Assembly (NCBI GenBank): GCA_044892505.1
Contig: CM097883.1
Location: forward strand, 175,398,001-175,462,000
Origin: Schmidtea nova
Taxonomy: Eukaryota
Direction: 5' to 3'
Length of the DNA stretch: 64,000 nucleotides
Positions 28,286 through 40,785 of the stretch are shown in pieces. Below the pieces are notes generated by a model that saw only the letters and a program-made list of their open reading frames with translations, ran no database searches and had not been told where the DNA came from. Made by a program: the position numbers and the translations under genes. The stretch's first letter is position 1, and each line of letters opens with the position of its first letter.

Positions 28286-28559
28286 CATTGATTCTTAAAC
28301 TGTAATCCGCGGACTCTATTCAAGTGGTCCGCGAAGAAAAAAATGAATGATGTAAAAAAATAATACTAAATATGTTGTTAAAATTAGTTTCAATGTGAGT
28401 AATGAAAAAAAATTATTTTGACATTTTTTAAAATTTTCAAAATATGAAAATATTTTTTTAAATAATCCTTAAATTTGAAAAAAATCTAGTAGACCGATAA
28501 TTATATTTATTGTATAATTATAAAAGAAAATTTTATTTCTAATGGAAATTAGTTCTATT

Positions 28560-31310
28560 AACTACACAAGTTCAGCAAGACCTTCAGTTATTTTGTTTTA
28601 TAAAAAATTATTTGAAATCGTATTTTGCAAAATATGTAGATTCCAGAAAATTGGCGCAGCAAAAATTATGTTTTTGAATTCGTTGAATGTGTTGAAGTAA
28701 TAAAAAAAATTAATAAAATTCAAAATAAAATTATATTTATAACTAAATGAAGGAGAGATGTGAAAATCGAGTCAGGTATAGAATTGATAGTGTAAAGAAA
28801 TAAAAAGAGAACAAAGGCGTCAGAAAGTGTATCATTACGGGTGAAAAGCACAAAAATGTGAATTGTGAAAAATCGATAAAAGATTTAAATGTTCGAATTG
28901 AAATCTGGAAAATTGGTCATGGGGGAACAAGTAGCGAGGAATAACATGGTGATAACGGAATTTTCAGAAAGTGTCAAGAAGGGTGCGAAAAGGTACTTAG
29001 GAGTTAAAAACAAGAAAATGAAAGGAATTAATTAATTAATTAATTAACAAATAGAAAGAAATCCCGAGCTGGGTAAACAAAGAGAAAAGTAAACAGAAGG
29101 AAAATTTAGGCCCATTATCTGGTCACAATGATTAATGGGAGTAGGTCAAGAAAAGATAATATGTATAGAGAAGTCCAAGGCAGGCTATTAATTATTTTAT
29201 TTGGTCGGACCATTCCGGATGACAGCCGAGGCAGAGATGTGGAGCTGAATATCGGAACTGAGATTGGCTCAGCAAAACCCATTTGTCATCCAGATTTAGA
29301 AGAGTATAAAAGGAAGGGGAAAATCAGAACAAATTGGCAGTTTGCCTCAGCTAGGGACACGACGGAATTGAACTTAGAAAAGAGGAAAGGTAGAAAATAG
29401 GAAGTTAGGGAAAAAGAAAAGATAGAATCAGGAGATATTGAGGAAAACGAAAAGAGAATTAAATCGGAAGCGAATCTAATAAAATAAAGTAAAGAGGTGA
29501 ATCAAAGGAAGCTATTGACTAAAAAGGTGAATATTATTATAACTAATTGACAAAGAATCAATACCGAGCGGAGGATCGGTCAGACTCATAAAGACTTAGT
29601 TATTGATTATTTTGGGTTGAACGATATATTGTGTGATTCAATATACGTTAGGTAGTTTATTGTTTTGTTATTTACGATTAAAGGGACACGAGGAGTCAGA
29701 GAGTACCAACTCGAATATTAAAACCCAACAAATGTATCAATCACGTTTTCCAACAAGAAACTTTTAATGAAATAAGAATGGCACAATTTCATTGTTTTAT
29801 AGTGGATGAAAGCACTGATGTTTCAGTTAACAAAATGTTAATAATTTATATAAAATACCGGTTTGAATTTAATTACAAAACTGTTTTTGCTGGCATAATA
29901 CAGTTAAATTCATGTGACGCAAAATCGATTGTGGAGTCTATAAAATGTTTTTATAAAAAACTTAATCTGGATATGCAAAAGATGGTAATGTTAACATCTG
30001 ATGGAGCTGCAGTAATGTTGGGAGCTTATAATGGAGTTCCAGCACTTTTACCGCGAGAAACTTGCCACTTGACAGCTCAGCACTGTGTTGCTCATAGAGA
30101 AGATTTGGGAATCGATGATGTCTGGAAGGGTATACTTCTTATATCTCAAGTAGAAACGTTATTGCGAACTGTTTTGTACCATGTTCCATCGTTCATCTGT
30201 TAAAAACATCATTTTGAAGAAATGGCAAATCTAATGGATTGTGAAGCTTTGATGTTCCGACCTCTTATTGAAATACGCTGGCTTTCTCGTCATTTTGAGA
30301 TTATTCCGCTTATTCGAAATTATGACGTCTTGGTAGAATATTTCAAAGAAAAAATTGATAATTCAAATTCTGTTGATCGAACCGCGAAATACTGCTTTGC
30401 AGCTTTAAAAAATAATGTTAATCGTGTAACCTTGATCGCATTAAATGATGTTTTCACAAAATTGACAAAGTTATCAAAATATTTACAAAAAAGTGTTTTA
30501 TCACCAATGGAAGAGCATCAATATTGTAAATCGATCACAAAATTAAGAAGTCAGTACCTTGGTGATATAGTTTATTGGAGTGAGGATGTGAAAAAAAATC
30601 TCGAAGATGAAGGTAATAATAATATGCAAAAATTGTCTGGGATAATTCTATTTATTGAGAAATTATGCCACAATTTGGATAAAAGATTTCCTGATAGTGA
30701 CATGGACCTTTGGAATGCTTTTGATCAAAACGGCATTGTCAATACATCAGATTTTAATTATGGTGATGAAAATTTAAAAAAAAATAATATTGAAATATGA
30801 AGATCTCATCCCAAATATGAATAATAAAATAATAATGGAAGAGTATAAAGATTTAAAATATTTATTTACGGAAAAATTCAAAAATAATGGTCGTAATTTC
30901 AATGATCTACTTCAATTGGTTCTTCGTGAAGACTGTTTTCAAAATATAAAATATTTGTTTGATATTTGTGGAACCTTTCAAGCGTCGAGTGCTGATTGTG
31001 AAAGAGGTTTAAGAATGATGAATTTGATTAAAACAAAATTTAGAAATAGATTGGACGCTAATCATTTGAGTAACTTAATAAGAATAAAATCACACTTAGT
31101 TTCGGAAAATATTATTGATCTGGATAAAGTATACCATTACTGGAAGCGCAATAAAGACAGACGAGAAAAAAATAATCATGAACTTATATAAAAATAAATT
31201 ATGATTTTTCAAATAAAAAGAATTCCTAATTGCTTAATTTTTATTTAATTTTTTAATCGTGGCGCAATATTTTTTTTCTGCTCAGCTAAAAAAAATTAGA
31301 GGGAGCGTTG
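28560..31310 (+). mobile_element. hAT-B (DUF4371/ZNF862-like) transposon, frameshifted transposase
   Basis: VDESTD, SDGAAVMLG, HCVAHR, RWLS, SSADCERG...KTKFRNRL in ORFs 29778-31191; right TIR TTAGAGGGAGCGTTG ending 31310; left TIR not found. Confidence 0.88.
28690..29730 (+). mobile_element. Solo LTR (1041 bp) with AATG target-site duplication
   Basis: TGTTG...CAACA termini; AATG at 28686-28689 and 29731-29734; removing it restores the hAT-B frame (EFVECINHVFQQETFNEIRMAQF); TATAAAAG ~29305 and AATAAA ~29480. Confidence 0.85.
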
Positions 31311-31321
31311 GATGGTGGTAA

Positions 31322-31325
<4 letters not shown>

Positions 31326-31409
<84 letters not shown>
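31326..31409. repeat. (TA)n microsatellite
   Basis: Pure TA run just outside the hAT-B right end. Confidence 0.99.
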
Positions 31410-31411
<2 letters not shown>

Positions 31412-32899
31412 AATTTCGCTTGCTGTTTTATTAGCGCGTTCAATCGAATTGTCTAGAATGAATTTCTCGATTTTTTCCAAAATTAAATTTAACAATTTTA
31501 AGGAAAACTAAATTATTATTTTGTGCAAAATTTTTATAAAAATTTAAATAATTTTATTTTAATCTAAAATTTTATTTTTAAATTAAAGTTTTACTAATTT
31601 AATTAAATTTGCTAAATTTTTATTTAAATCAATTTTCTTTAATATTCTGAGTTTTTAAGGTAAAATTGAAATATTCTTTTTGAAAATGTGTAAATTTTCC
31701 TAATTTGTAATTTTTTTGTAATTGTTGTTTTTATGTCATGTTTTTAACGTGTATACTTGATGCGCTTTTGTTATTTTTTTTATTTTTAAACGTTTGTTAT
31801 TTAATTTTTTGATTTGTTCTGTTATTACTTTGTTTAATTGGTGTTTTTCATGATAGAATTTAAATTTACTTCTAACTAGGTAGGAATTAGTACAGATAGA
31901 GCACGTGCTATGTCGGGAAGACTAACTGGTTTGATTACAGGAGCCAGAGAAAACAATTCTTCAATAAGTGACATCACTGTTTTATTCATCGAGCATCTTT
32001 AGCTGGTAAGAAGATGCCAGAAGATCTAAAATAGTGATGGGTTATTATTCTGTTTAAGATCGGTTTACTGATCTGACTCATCGTGTCCTTTAATTATCGA
32101 AATCAATAAAACCCAACACAGAACAATTTATTTAACGTCACCACAAATTACACTTCTGTTATTCACTAGGAAGTACAAACTCGACAATTTGTATTCTCTT
32201 CCGGATTCGGTTTGATTTTCTAGTTATGATGGTTATAAAATATTTTCCTCACTTTGTCTCTTCGGTTTTCGCAAGATCTCTCTTTGTTAATTTTCAATCA
32301 ATTTCAATTCTTTATGTTTTAAGCTCTTAGTTTGTCGGCCCCGTCCTCTGCTTTGCGCTACCTTTTTGTCCTCTCGCAAATGACAATTAAATTTTACCAA
32401 TAGCTAAAAGTTACCCAATCTCGGCTTAATTGGTCTAACAACAAATTATTGTGAGTGCGCTCGGGTGGCTTTTCCCTAATTGTCCTGCGCAATCTCCCGA
32501 CTTTGATCTCTCGGGGTCTCTACTGCGCTCGGGCTTTCCTCATTGATTGAGTTTCCCATTGAGAGATTAATTAATTTTAATTAGGTTGTTTTTATTATAA
32601 CTTTTTCTGGGGACCCCTTAATAAATTTCTATTATTATTTTTGGGTTTGTCTTTTGATTTGGCATTCAACCATACCCATTTCCCCAATGAATATTAATTT
32701 TAAATTTTGATAAATTTTAATTAATTTTTTGCACTTTTATTTATTTTGATATTTCGTTGCTTTTACTATTATTTCTTGTTACTTTTGTGATTTTATACTA
32801 ACCCCAAAATACCTCACCCCTTTATTTAAGATTCGTCTCGAATCTAATTTTTCATTTATTAAAATGGTCAAGTACACTCAATACCATAAATGTGGATGA

Positions 32900-33550
32900 T
32901 AATTGTTAATAAAAATAACGAACAAAACGAATAAAAAATAAGAAAAATTGGATAATAAAGCGGTAGCATTAGAAGAATAAAATAAATCTAAGAGCAGTGG
33001 GCCGTGAAGAATATAAAGTAACAAAATCAATCAAACACGAATCATAAGATAAGCGCAGATGGGTGGACTAACTTAAATGGTAGTCGAAAAAGTCACAGTA
33101 AAAATAAATTAAACACGAACATATAAATTTAAACACACCCACAGTTTAATAATGAAAACCCACGCAGATAAAAATAAAGAAATAATTTCATATGAAACGC
33201 ATGCTGATTGGTTGGAATAGAGAGCCAATTTAGTATATAAGCAGCAGCGATTTGAAACGAATATACACATTTTGTACCTTGAAAACTCTTTAGAGATTGA
33301 AGCAACTGTTGATTTTCGTAGACATCATTGTAATTATTGTGAATCAGATATCAATCGGGAATAAAGGTATGTAGTTGAGTTGTTATTTCATCGATTTATT
33401 AAATTTACCCTCATGATTCATGCAAAATGAGTAAGATCACGTCCTGAAGGTCTCCGGACCGAAGGGCGAGAACGGGCCTCTCGGCACAGCACCTTCTGGG
33501 TGATGGCCGATGCGGCGTAGAATTTAAAATTGAGGAGAGCGGGAGGGGTG
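32900..33550 (+). repeat. Dispersed repeat family X, copy B
   Basis: GATTGG 33206-33211, TATATAAGCAGCAG 33234-33247, cassette 33438-33517, then GGGAGGGG. Confidence 0.75.
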
Positions 33551-35197
33551 CAAATAAGGACGGAGCGATCGAAAACATGATTAGTAGATTTTTTTTGTGG
33601 GAGAGGTATTACCTGTAATACAATAAGATGAGAGATGAGAGACAATTCATAATGGTAGCTAGTCATGCGAGTAGCGAGGCATTCTCAATTCGGACAACAT
33701 CAACAATCCCAAAGTTGATTCAAGCCAAAGCCGAACGTTACCTGAGATCATGGAGGCGGGGACATATAAACCTCGCGATCACAACAAACCGAGAGCAATT
33801 CCACACCAGGATAAGGTGGGAAGGTGACTCATCATGGCCTCTACCGGATTCAAGCAAACCGTTAGCCACTCGTAAATGGTTTATTCAATTTAAAGATGAA
33901 AACAATACATCCCGATGGCTACTGTAATGCACAGAAATGTTGGACAACAATTGTATTATGTTAACAATTTTGTTATTTTTATATTTTGTTGTAAGCGCCG
34001 TCATTATTATGGTCGGCTCCCTCACAGTCACCGAGGACCCCCCCCCTTTGTTGTTAATTGTTATTTTTGGGTTTTATAAAAAATTAGAAATTTTGAATTT
34101 TAAAATTTTAAATTAGCTTACTATAGCAAATAGCTATAGTAAGGCTAACAACAAAAAATTGAAAAAATTGATTAAGAATAAATTGCAGATAGTTAAAAGT
34201 AAATTGTTGCAAATATTAAAAGAAAATTACTAAAGAACATCCATTTTCCTACCAAATACTTTTCTATAAAATATCGTTATAATATCCGGATAAAAGGAAA
34301 CTTGACCAAAGTCAACTTCAATATCCTTTTCCTACCAAATATTTTTCAATAAAATATCGTTATACCGGATACAAGAAAACATAAACTAATTCGATTTATA
34401 AGAATATCACAAGAAAATCAAACTTTATCTCTGTACTACGTGAGTAACATTTTTGTTTTCCAAAAATATAGTTTATTGTTCGATATTTGTTAATTCGTTA
34501 TTTAATATTATCTTTGTTCATCACAGTAAATCCTACATTACACACAGGCACCCCAATTGTCCCCACAATAATTTTTGGGAGACTCTTGGGCACTTACAAA
34601 TCCCCAAGCACTCAACTAGTACTAGCCAAAATTAACCAACTCAAATAACCAATTCGCAAACATAACAGCTACTATCATTTATACCCATCTCGGGTCAAAT
34701 CTTTCAACAAATGAGCTTCATACTTCTGGAGCGACTAAGGGACATCCGCACTGGAGAGCTACGACCATACGCGAACTCTGGAAATGTAGATATGGATCAG
34801 GATCAGTGGGTGCCGGACATGCACTTGTGGGAGATTTTTATCTATAATGACCGGCTGTGTTGGAAGCCGTGTCCTGAATATTTCTGGGCGAATGGTATTA
34901 GGAAGATGGACAGCGAATGTGACCAAGAATGGGTCGAAGTTGATAAACTATAAGGAAATGCAAACGTGTTATGAGTGTGTTCTTTTTGAAATAAAAATTG
35001 TTGTCCATCTTCGTGTTCTGTTTTGATGAGGAATGATTGAATGATATTGTGACAAAAATGGAATGTTGTTTCGTAATTGAAGGTAGAATGAATAATGAAT
35101 AGGAGTGTAGATTGGGGATAAAACCGGGGTTGCGATACAAAAGGAGAGTTGTCAAGAGACATCGATAGGTCGTGCCTAATCGCCATATTAATTTCAG

Positions 35198-35764
35198 ATG
35201 GATCGAATAGCGACTAACTCAGACGCAGACGACAGCCGCCAGTTACAAAGGCGGATTAAACTACTGGAGCGACATATACATCGTCAGGAAGTGGAAATCG
35301 ACACTTTGAGGAAAACCTGGTTTGACCCCGAAAGGGTTAAGGCTATCCAACAGCATAGATATCGAGCAAAAAGAGCACTGGAAGAACAGGCACGAGAGAC
35401 AGCCGCTGTCCGGCTAGAGTTAAACAACTATCTGCGAGTATCAACCCGAAAATTCATTGAACAGCAGTTGCGACTGTTAATTCGAGCCAGCACTTTTGAT
35501 CACCGGGTAACTTTTACGCGTACAAGCAGCGAAACGCAAACAGAGGAAAACCTCGCACCTGTCATGGGGAAGGAAGCACAGAATACTAAATCAATACCAG
35601 AAGGGTCATCGCGGACAAAAAAGAGAAACCACCTGGGCGCGAAAAGACGCCGTGAAAGAAGGGCCTACGCGGAGAGGCTCGGGATCGAAGTCGATCTCCT
35701 AAGCGGGCTAACTGAAAAACAGCTCGTTAACGTTATTAACACGAATATATTTTTAGATAAATAA
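35198..35764 (+). CDS. 188-aa coiled-coil/basic protein of unknown function, probably TE-encoded
   Basis: Intact GC-rich ORF in AT-rich context; TTTCAG acceptor directly before ATG; heptad-rich N-term, SSETQT, KKRNHLGAKRRRERR. Confidence 0.55.
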   Translation: MDRIATNSDADDSRQLQRRIKLLERHIHRQEVEIDTLRKTWFDPERVKAIQQHRYRAKRALEEQARETAAVRLELNNYLRVSTRKFIEQQLRLLIRASTFDHRVTFTRTSSETQTEENLAPVMGKEAQNTKSIPEGSSRTKKRNHLGAKRRRERRAYAERLGIEVDLLSGLTEKQLVNVINTNIFLDK

Positions 35765-36053
35765 ATGTATTAGTCAAAGGTTGATTTGATAATTCATTGA
35801 TAATTCATTCGAAAATTCATTGAACAGCAGTTGCGACTGTTAATTCGAGCCAGCCCTTTTGATCACCGGGTAACTTTGACGCGTACAAGCAGCGAAACGC
35901 AAATGAGAAAGGATTGATGGGAATAGTTGCGAATAGTGTATGTTGACAAGTGAAACCATTAATTAAATAAACGTGGCCGGGAACCGATGAACACGAATTA
36001 CAATTACCCTAGGACGAAAGATCTGAGCAAGCGAGTTAAGTTGGGACCAGAGG

Positions 36054-36539
36054 AAATCCGCATAAGTCTTCTATCGACAGCGGTGGACCCGTAGATAAAT
36101 GAGTGAATAGTAGCCGCAAGGTTGCTCACCTGCCTCATCATTCTACAACGGTGATACATTACCGACATGACGAGTAATTAGGGACGAGTCATGGGTATCA
36201 GCGGGGTGAATATTTTTATGTTGGTGAGATTTCCCTAATAATAGCATCAATAAAAATCTCTATTTAAAAACCATACCAACGAACCAGCAATAATATAAAT
36301 CCGCATAAGTCTTCTATCGACAGCGGTGGACCCGTAGATAAATGAGTGAATAGTAGCCGCAAGGTTGCTCACCTGCCTCATCATTCTACAACGGTGATAC
36401 ATTACCGACATGACGAGTAATTAGGGACGAGTCATGGGTATCAGCGGGGTGAATATTTTTATGTTGGTGAGATTTCCCTAATAATAGCATCAATAAAAAT
36501 CTCTATTTAAAAACCATACCAACGAACCAGCAATAATAT
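36054..36539. repeat. Exact 243-bp tandem duplication next to the gap (likely assembly artefact)
   Basis: 36054-36296 = 36297-36539; 75 bp from the N run. Confidence 0.85.
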
Positions 36540-36614
36540 AAATTATAATAATTATAATAACTATATCTTACCACTACTAATAATAATTGTAACAATACTT
36601 TGATACTAATAACA

Positions 36615-36751
36615 NNNNNNNNNNNNNNNNNNNNNNNNNNNNNNNNNNNNNNNNNNNNNNNNNNNNNNNNNNNNNNNNNNNNNNNNNNNNNNNNNNNNNN
36701 NNNNNNNNNNNNNNNNNNNNNNNNNNNNNNNNNNNNNNNNNNNNNNNNNNN
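36615..36751. other. Assembly gap (137 N)
   Basis: Run of N. Confidence 1.
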
Positions 36752-36771
36752 CAGCTTTGCTGGTGATAATA

Positions 36772-36968
36772 AATCGGTTTTGCCGATATTTACTTTTTTT
36801 TGAAAATCGGCATTGCCGATTATAATTTTGGAAAATCTGATCGGCGTTTGCCGATTATAGTTAATTATTATCATTGAGCTTTCAGCTCTTTTAGTTGTCG
36901 GCATTTATCGAAATCGGCATAGCCGATTATCGAATTTTCATTTTATTTTTGTCGGGATTGCCGATTAT
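36772..36968. repeat. Array of ~6 short imperfect palindromes (ATCGGC-N-GCCGAT), DNA-transposon subterminal type
   Basis: aatcggttttgccgat, aatcggcattgccgat, atcggcgtttgccgat, atcggcatagccgat, gtcgggattgccgat. Confidence 0.75.
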
Positions 36969-37466
36969 TCTTTTTGTGAGCTGCCAGAAAGGAAGAGATG
37001 CTGGCCAATCATAGAACATTTATTCGTGATTGGCCACTTCTCTCTATTTTTAAGGCCTCGTTTTTTTTTAAATTTCATTTTTTACAGATTTTGAACGGAG
37101 AAAGAAGATCAAGGCAAAGGCACCCATCCCACGCAAACTATGAACGGGAGAAACTCTAACATGACTAGAAGACCCCATTTTATTACACCAATTGGACTGG
37201 TAATAATTATTATTGACAATTACATTTTAATAATTACAATATAGACTCCACCAACAAATCCAACAGTTATCAACAAAAAACAAGATATTCAAATTACTCC
37301 TAAAAACTAATACCATGAAATGGAAATTTAAAAAATATATGAGTTTTTGTTATATTGAATCAAATAAATATTTGAGTTTTTGTTAAATCGAAACTTTATT
37401 CGGTGGTCTGCAGATTTCAGATTTTTTAATTCATTATCCGTGAAGTAAAAAGTTTAAGAACCGCTG

Positions 37467-38220
37467 ATTTAATGATTCCAGTCGCAGTTATATAGTGATA
37501 ATAATTGTTCTGATTCAGATAAACATTCGTGTTCTTCATTTATATGAGAATCAGATGAAACTCATGTATTACGTTATGATTTCGAAGAAACTTTGAAATG
37601 CGTTCGAAAAGTAATGAAATTATTTAGATTCTCGTCGGTCAAGAACTCAAATTTACAAAATTATGTCAAAATTCAACATGGAAAAGAATTAAATTTAATA
37701 CTCGACTTTAAACTTAGGTGGAATAGCATAGTGGTTATGCTAGAACGACAGTATTAAAAAAGCTTTAAGAAATTTAAATTGCACAAATATTATTTTAACG
37801 ACGATTATGACAACAATTCGTGAATTGGTGGATGCATTAATACCAATAAAACTAATGGTTGAGGCTTTTTTCTTAATTAGCGAAAGTATATTAAAATTTC
37901 TTTATAAGTCTGCAAGAAAAGAGTCAGCAACGAAAGAAAAGAGTCTACAACGAACTATTAGAAGCAATCAAAACAAGAGTAAAAGAAAGAAGAAATCTGG
38001 ATTTGATTTGATTACTTAAATACATATAAAATCCAATTTTTTTTCACAGGAACTTATTATAAATGTTAACTTTCCAAAAACTTCAAAAAAATTTTAAAAC
38101 GATAAGCAGAAGAATTCTTTAGAAGACTTTTTAATGATCAAAATCAACGGGAACAGGATATAGAAACAGTAGAATTAGAAAGAGAAAATGAAAATTTAAA
38201 TGATGATGAAAATGAAATTG
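37467..38220 (+). pseudogene. hAT-A transposase relic, 3' continuation
   Basis: TLKCVRKVMKLFRFSSVKNSNLQNYVKIQHGKELNLILDFKLRWNSIVVMLER (RW motif) follows in the order expected after the CxxH at ~28200. Confidence 0.7.
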
Positions 38221-39364
38221 TTATTAATTGAATTTTGTAGTGTTACGCTGACTTGGGTGAAATAAGATTTTCTCTTTTCAGTATAGCATAGTGGCCCAAA
38301 AATAACGGTAAAGGTATTAAACTATACAAATGCTCGCACCAGAAAGACGTCCTTCACGAACGAGCACTTGGAGTTCTAAAACGCAGGGTTGAGGAATTGG
38401 AGAACACCTATCTCGTCCTAAGTCAAGTAGAAACCCTGTATCAAAAACTCGAAAGGACCCAGCGATTCATTCACGAACAAGCAACTCGGCTGGAATTTAA
38501 GCGGTGTAGCGAGAGAATGACCAGACTTTATCACCAAGGAATTGGTGGGATGTATCTGATCACTAACTTTAGATATGTGGTTGCCCAAAGTGCTTACTTC
38601 AAACCACAGAGGAGAAGTGCCGGTGTTAACTAAGGAGTGCAACTCACCGGAAGTTCCAGTCAAACGCAGGAAACGCATGAGCGCTCGCAAACGACGTTGT
38701 TTCAGTACCTTTCAGGATAAGCGTCTAGCAAAGACATTAGACAAGAAAATAGGTCGTTTAGAGGACCTGACCGAACTGCAAGTAGTTGACGAGGTGTGGC
38801 GCGGTCAAAACCTTATTTAAATGTTGTGCAAAATATACTTGTCTTGCGATTCAATTTTATTTTGCCTGTAACGGGATATTACACGGCAGGGATTAGATAT
38901 AATAGTACTGGCGAAGACAGTCTATTGAGGGGTGTGTTGACAGCGACAATGGCCCAAATTAGCAACCAGGAGAGGCCTGAAAAGGGTTTAAAGGTTTCTG
39001 TCGCCTACTAAAACTGTAATAGTATATGAAGTGGAAGCAGTCCTAACACAGGGGCTAACTTGCCACTCATTATACACCCAAGGTGTACATTACCAACGTG
39101 ATAGCAAGAGGCAGCCACGGGTACATATTCAAAGGATAGTGATTATTTTTATGTAGGGGCTATTGGACGTAATTGAGTGAGACGAGATATGATTGCCGAT
39201 TCCTCGATTTCCAACCAAATACCCCAGCACTTAATTGCTATCTAGTTGAATTGTTTTCAGTCAAAATGTCCTAGTTGAATTGTTCTAGAAAAGGGCCGGT
39301 AACGTTATTATTCATTACATTCATATTCACATGTATACAATCCAATAATGTGAAATTAACTTAA

Positions 39365-39869
39365 CTCTTTGACCACTGTCGGGACATATATGTCCCAGTC
39401 AAATTTAAAAAAATATAGATGCCTTATTGTCTGTGCTATTACAACGAACGCTTGTCCCACTCGTGTTTATAGTATTTTCGACTAGTTTCGTCTATACTCG
39501 GTAATATACGTTCTGTCGGCTAGCAAACGTAACATTTTATTTCATTCGTTGTCACAGTTTACAGCATGTGCTTTGTGAAATAGTAGCTATAATACCTACA
39601 TTATTGTTTATTTTGGGAGTATTTATATCAAAAGGTAAGCACATTTATTTTTTTGTGTATATGTTTATATTTATTTTATAAAACTGCATGCAATAATAGT
39701 TTTTGCCTTACATTTAGTTAGTGGGACATATATATCCCGCACTCAAATTTCAAATTTGCAGCATAGGATAAATTTGAAATCAACATTACACGTTTTAAAC
39801 AAGCTATATAGCTGATTTCAATCATTAAAGTTACAGAAATTTCATTTTTTAAAATTCGTTGTCAAAGGG
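39365..39869. mobile_element. piggyBac-like MITE (505 bp) with TTAA TSD
   Basis: TTAA|CTCTTTGAC ... GTCAAAGGG|TTAA; internal palindromes GGGACATATATGTCCC (39381) and GGGACATATATATCCC (39723). Confidence 0.75.
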
Positions 39870-40785
39870 TTAAACAAGAAATCTCAAACGCCTTGATTTT
39901 TGTTATTTCGTTTTTTCAATGTTTTTTCCTCTGAATTTGATACAATTGTTACATTTTACATATAAATAAATTAATAATAAATATTTTGTTTATAATAAAA
40001 TATCAAACAATTTGTGTTATTTACGTGGACTGTTGTTAATGTTTACTGTTTTTAATTTTAAGTTAATACTTTAAATAAATTTACCCATACTGTTTTATCA
40101 CAAGTGAAACGGTACCGTGATATGTAGCTAAAACAAAAATAACCAGCTGCTCAAACAACACTTTACCTAACAATCTCAAATCTTATGAATGATTTATTTA
40201 TCTGTAATTTTTTTCTCGAAAACGGCACTATAATTGTTTCTAAAGATTGGCGTACTACCATTTTCCGATATGAAAAAAACGATCTAGATAGGTCACGATT
40301 TTGGGAAAATTTGTTAAGGACCTTTATTTTGGAAAAACATTTTTCGTATGAATGACGTCACAAATACTTGGAATAGTTATAATAAATCTTTAATCGCGGT
40401 ATGTTGCACGTAGCGTTTTCCCGTGTGTAACGACAAAATAGCTTGAAAGTTCTGTTACCACCTGAAAATTGTACGTTGCACGTATAATGTTGTGTGGAAA
40501 GAAGCAATTAACGCTCCTGATGAAACTTCTATAAGTCTTGATAGTGACACCGATGACAGTTACCTCGGCAACATCGATTTTTAAGTCTCAGCTGAATAAA
40601 ATAAAAATTTTTTTGCGAGAGACTAAAAACTGTCTTTCTTTTCACCGAGCGAAAATCGGTCCCCTAGTTCTGTTGATAAATACCGAAAAATGATAACAGT
40701 TGAGTGTAGAAATATTATATAGAAAATGTTAGTGTTTTATTTATTCGAAAATTATAAATTAAAATAAATAAATATAATAAATTAC

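Larger units (their letters stand above)
28286..37466. mobile_element. Charlie-like hAT non-autonomous element ends enclosing ~9 kb of nested insertions
   Basis: Left end CATTGATTCTTAAACT (28286) vs right end AGTTTAAGAACCGCTG (37466), degenerate TIRs; flanks ATATAGTG / ATTTAATG (6/8, hAT-size TSD); CCGCGG/GTGGTC subterminal motifs. Confidence 0.5.

Noticed and set aside
34967-35161. TG...CA bounded segment as a solo LTR
   Set aside because: Flanks do not form a TSD; boundaries unsupported
36054-36539. 243-bp exact tandem duplication as a biological repeat
   Set aside because: Fully identical and next to the scaffold gap; most likely a contig-end artefact
36503-36904. ORFs spanning the N run
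   Set aside because: Open only because of Ns
36772-36968. Palindrome array as CRISPR-like
   Set aside because: Eukaryotic context, short degenerate units, irregular spacing, no cas genes
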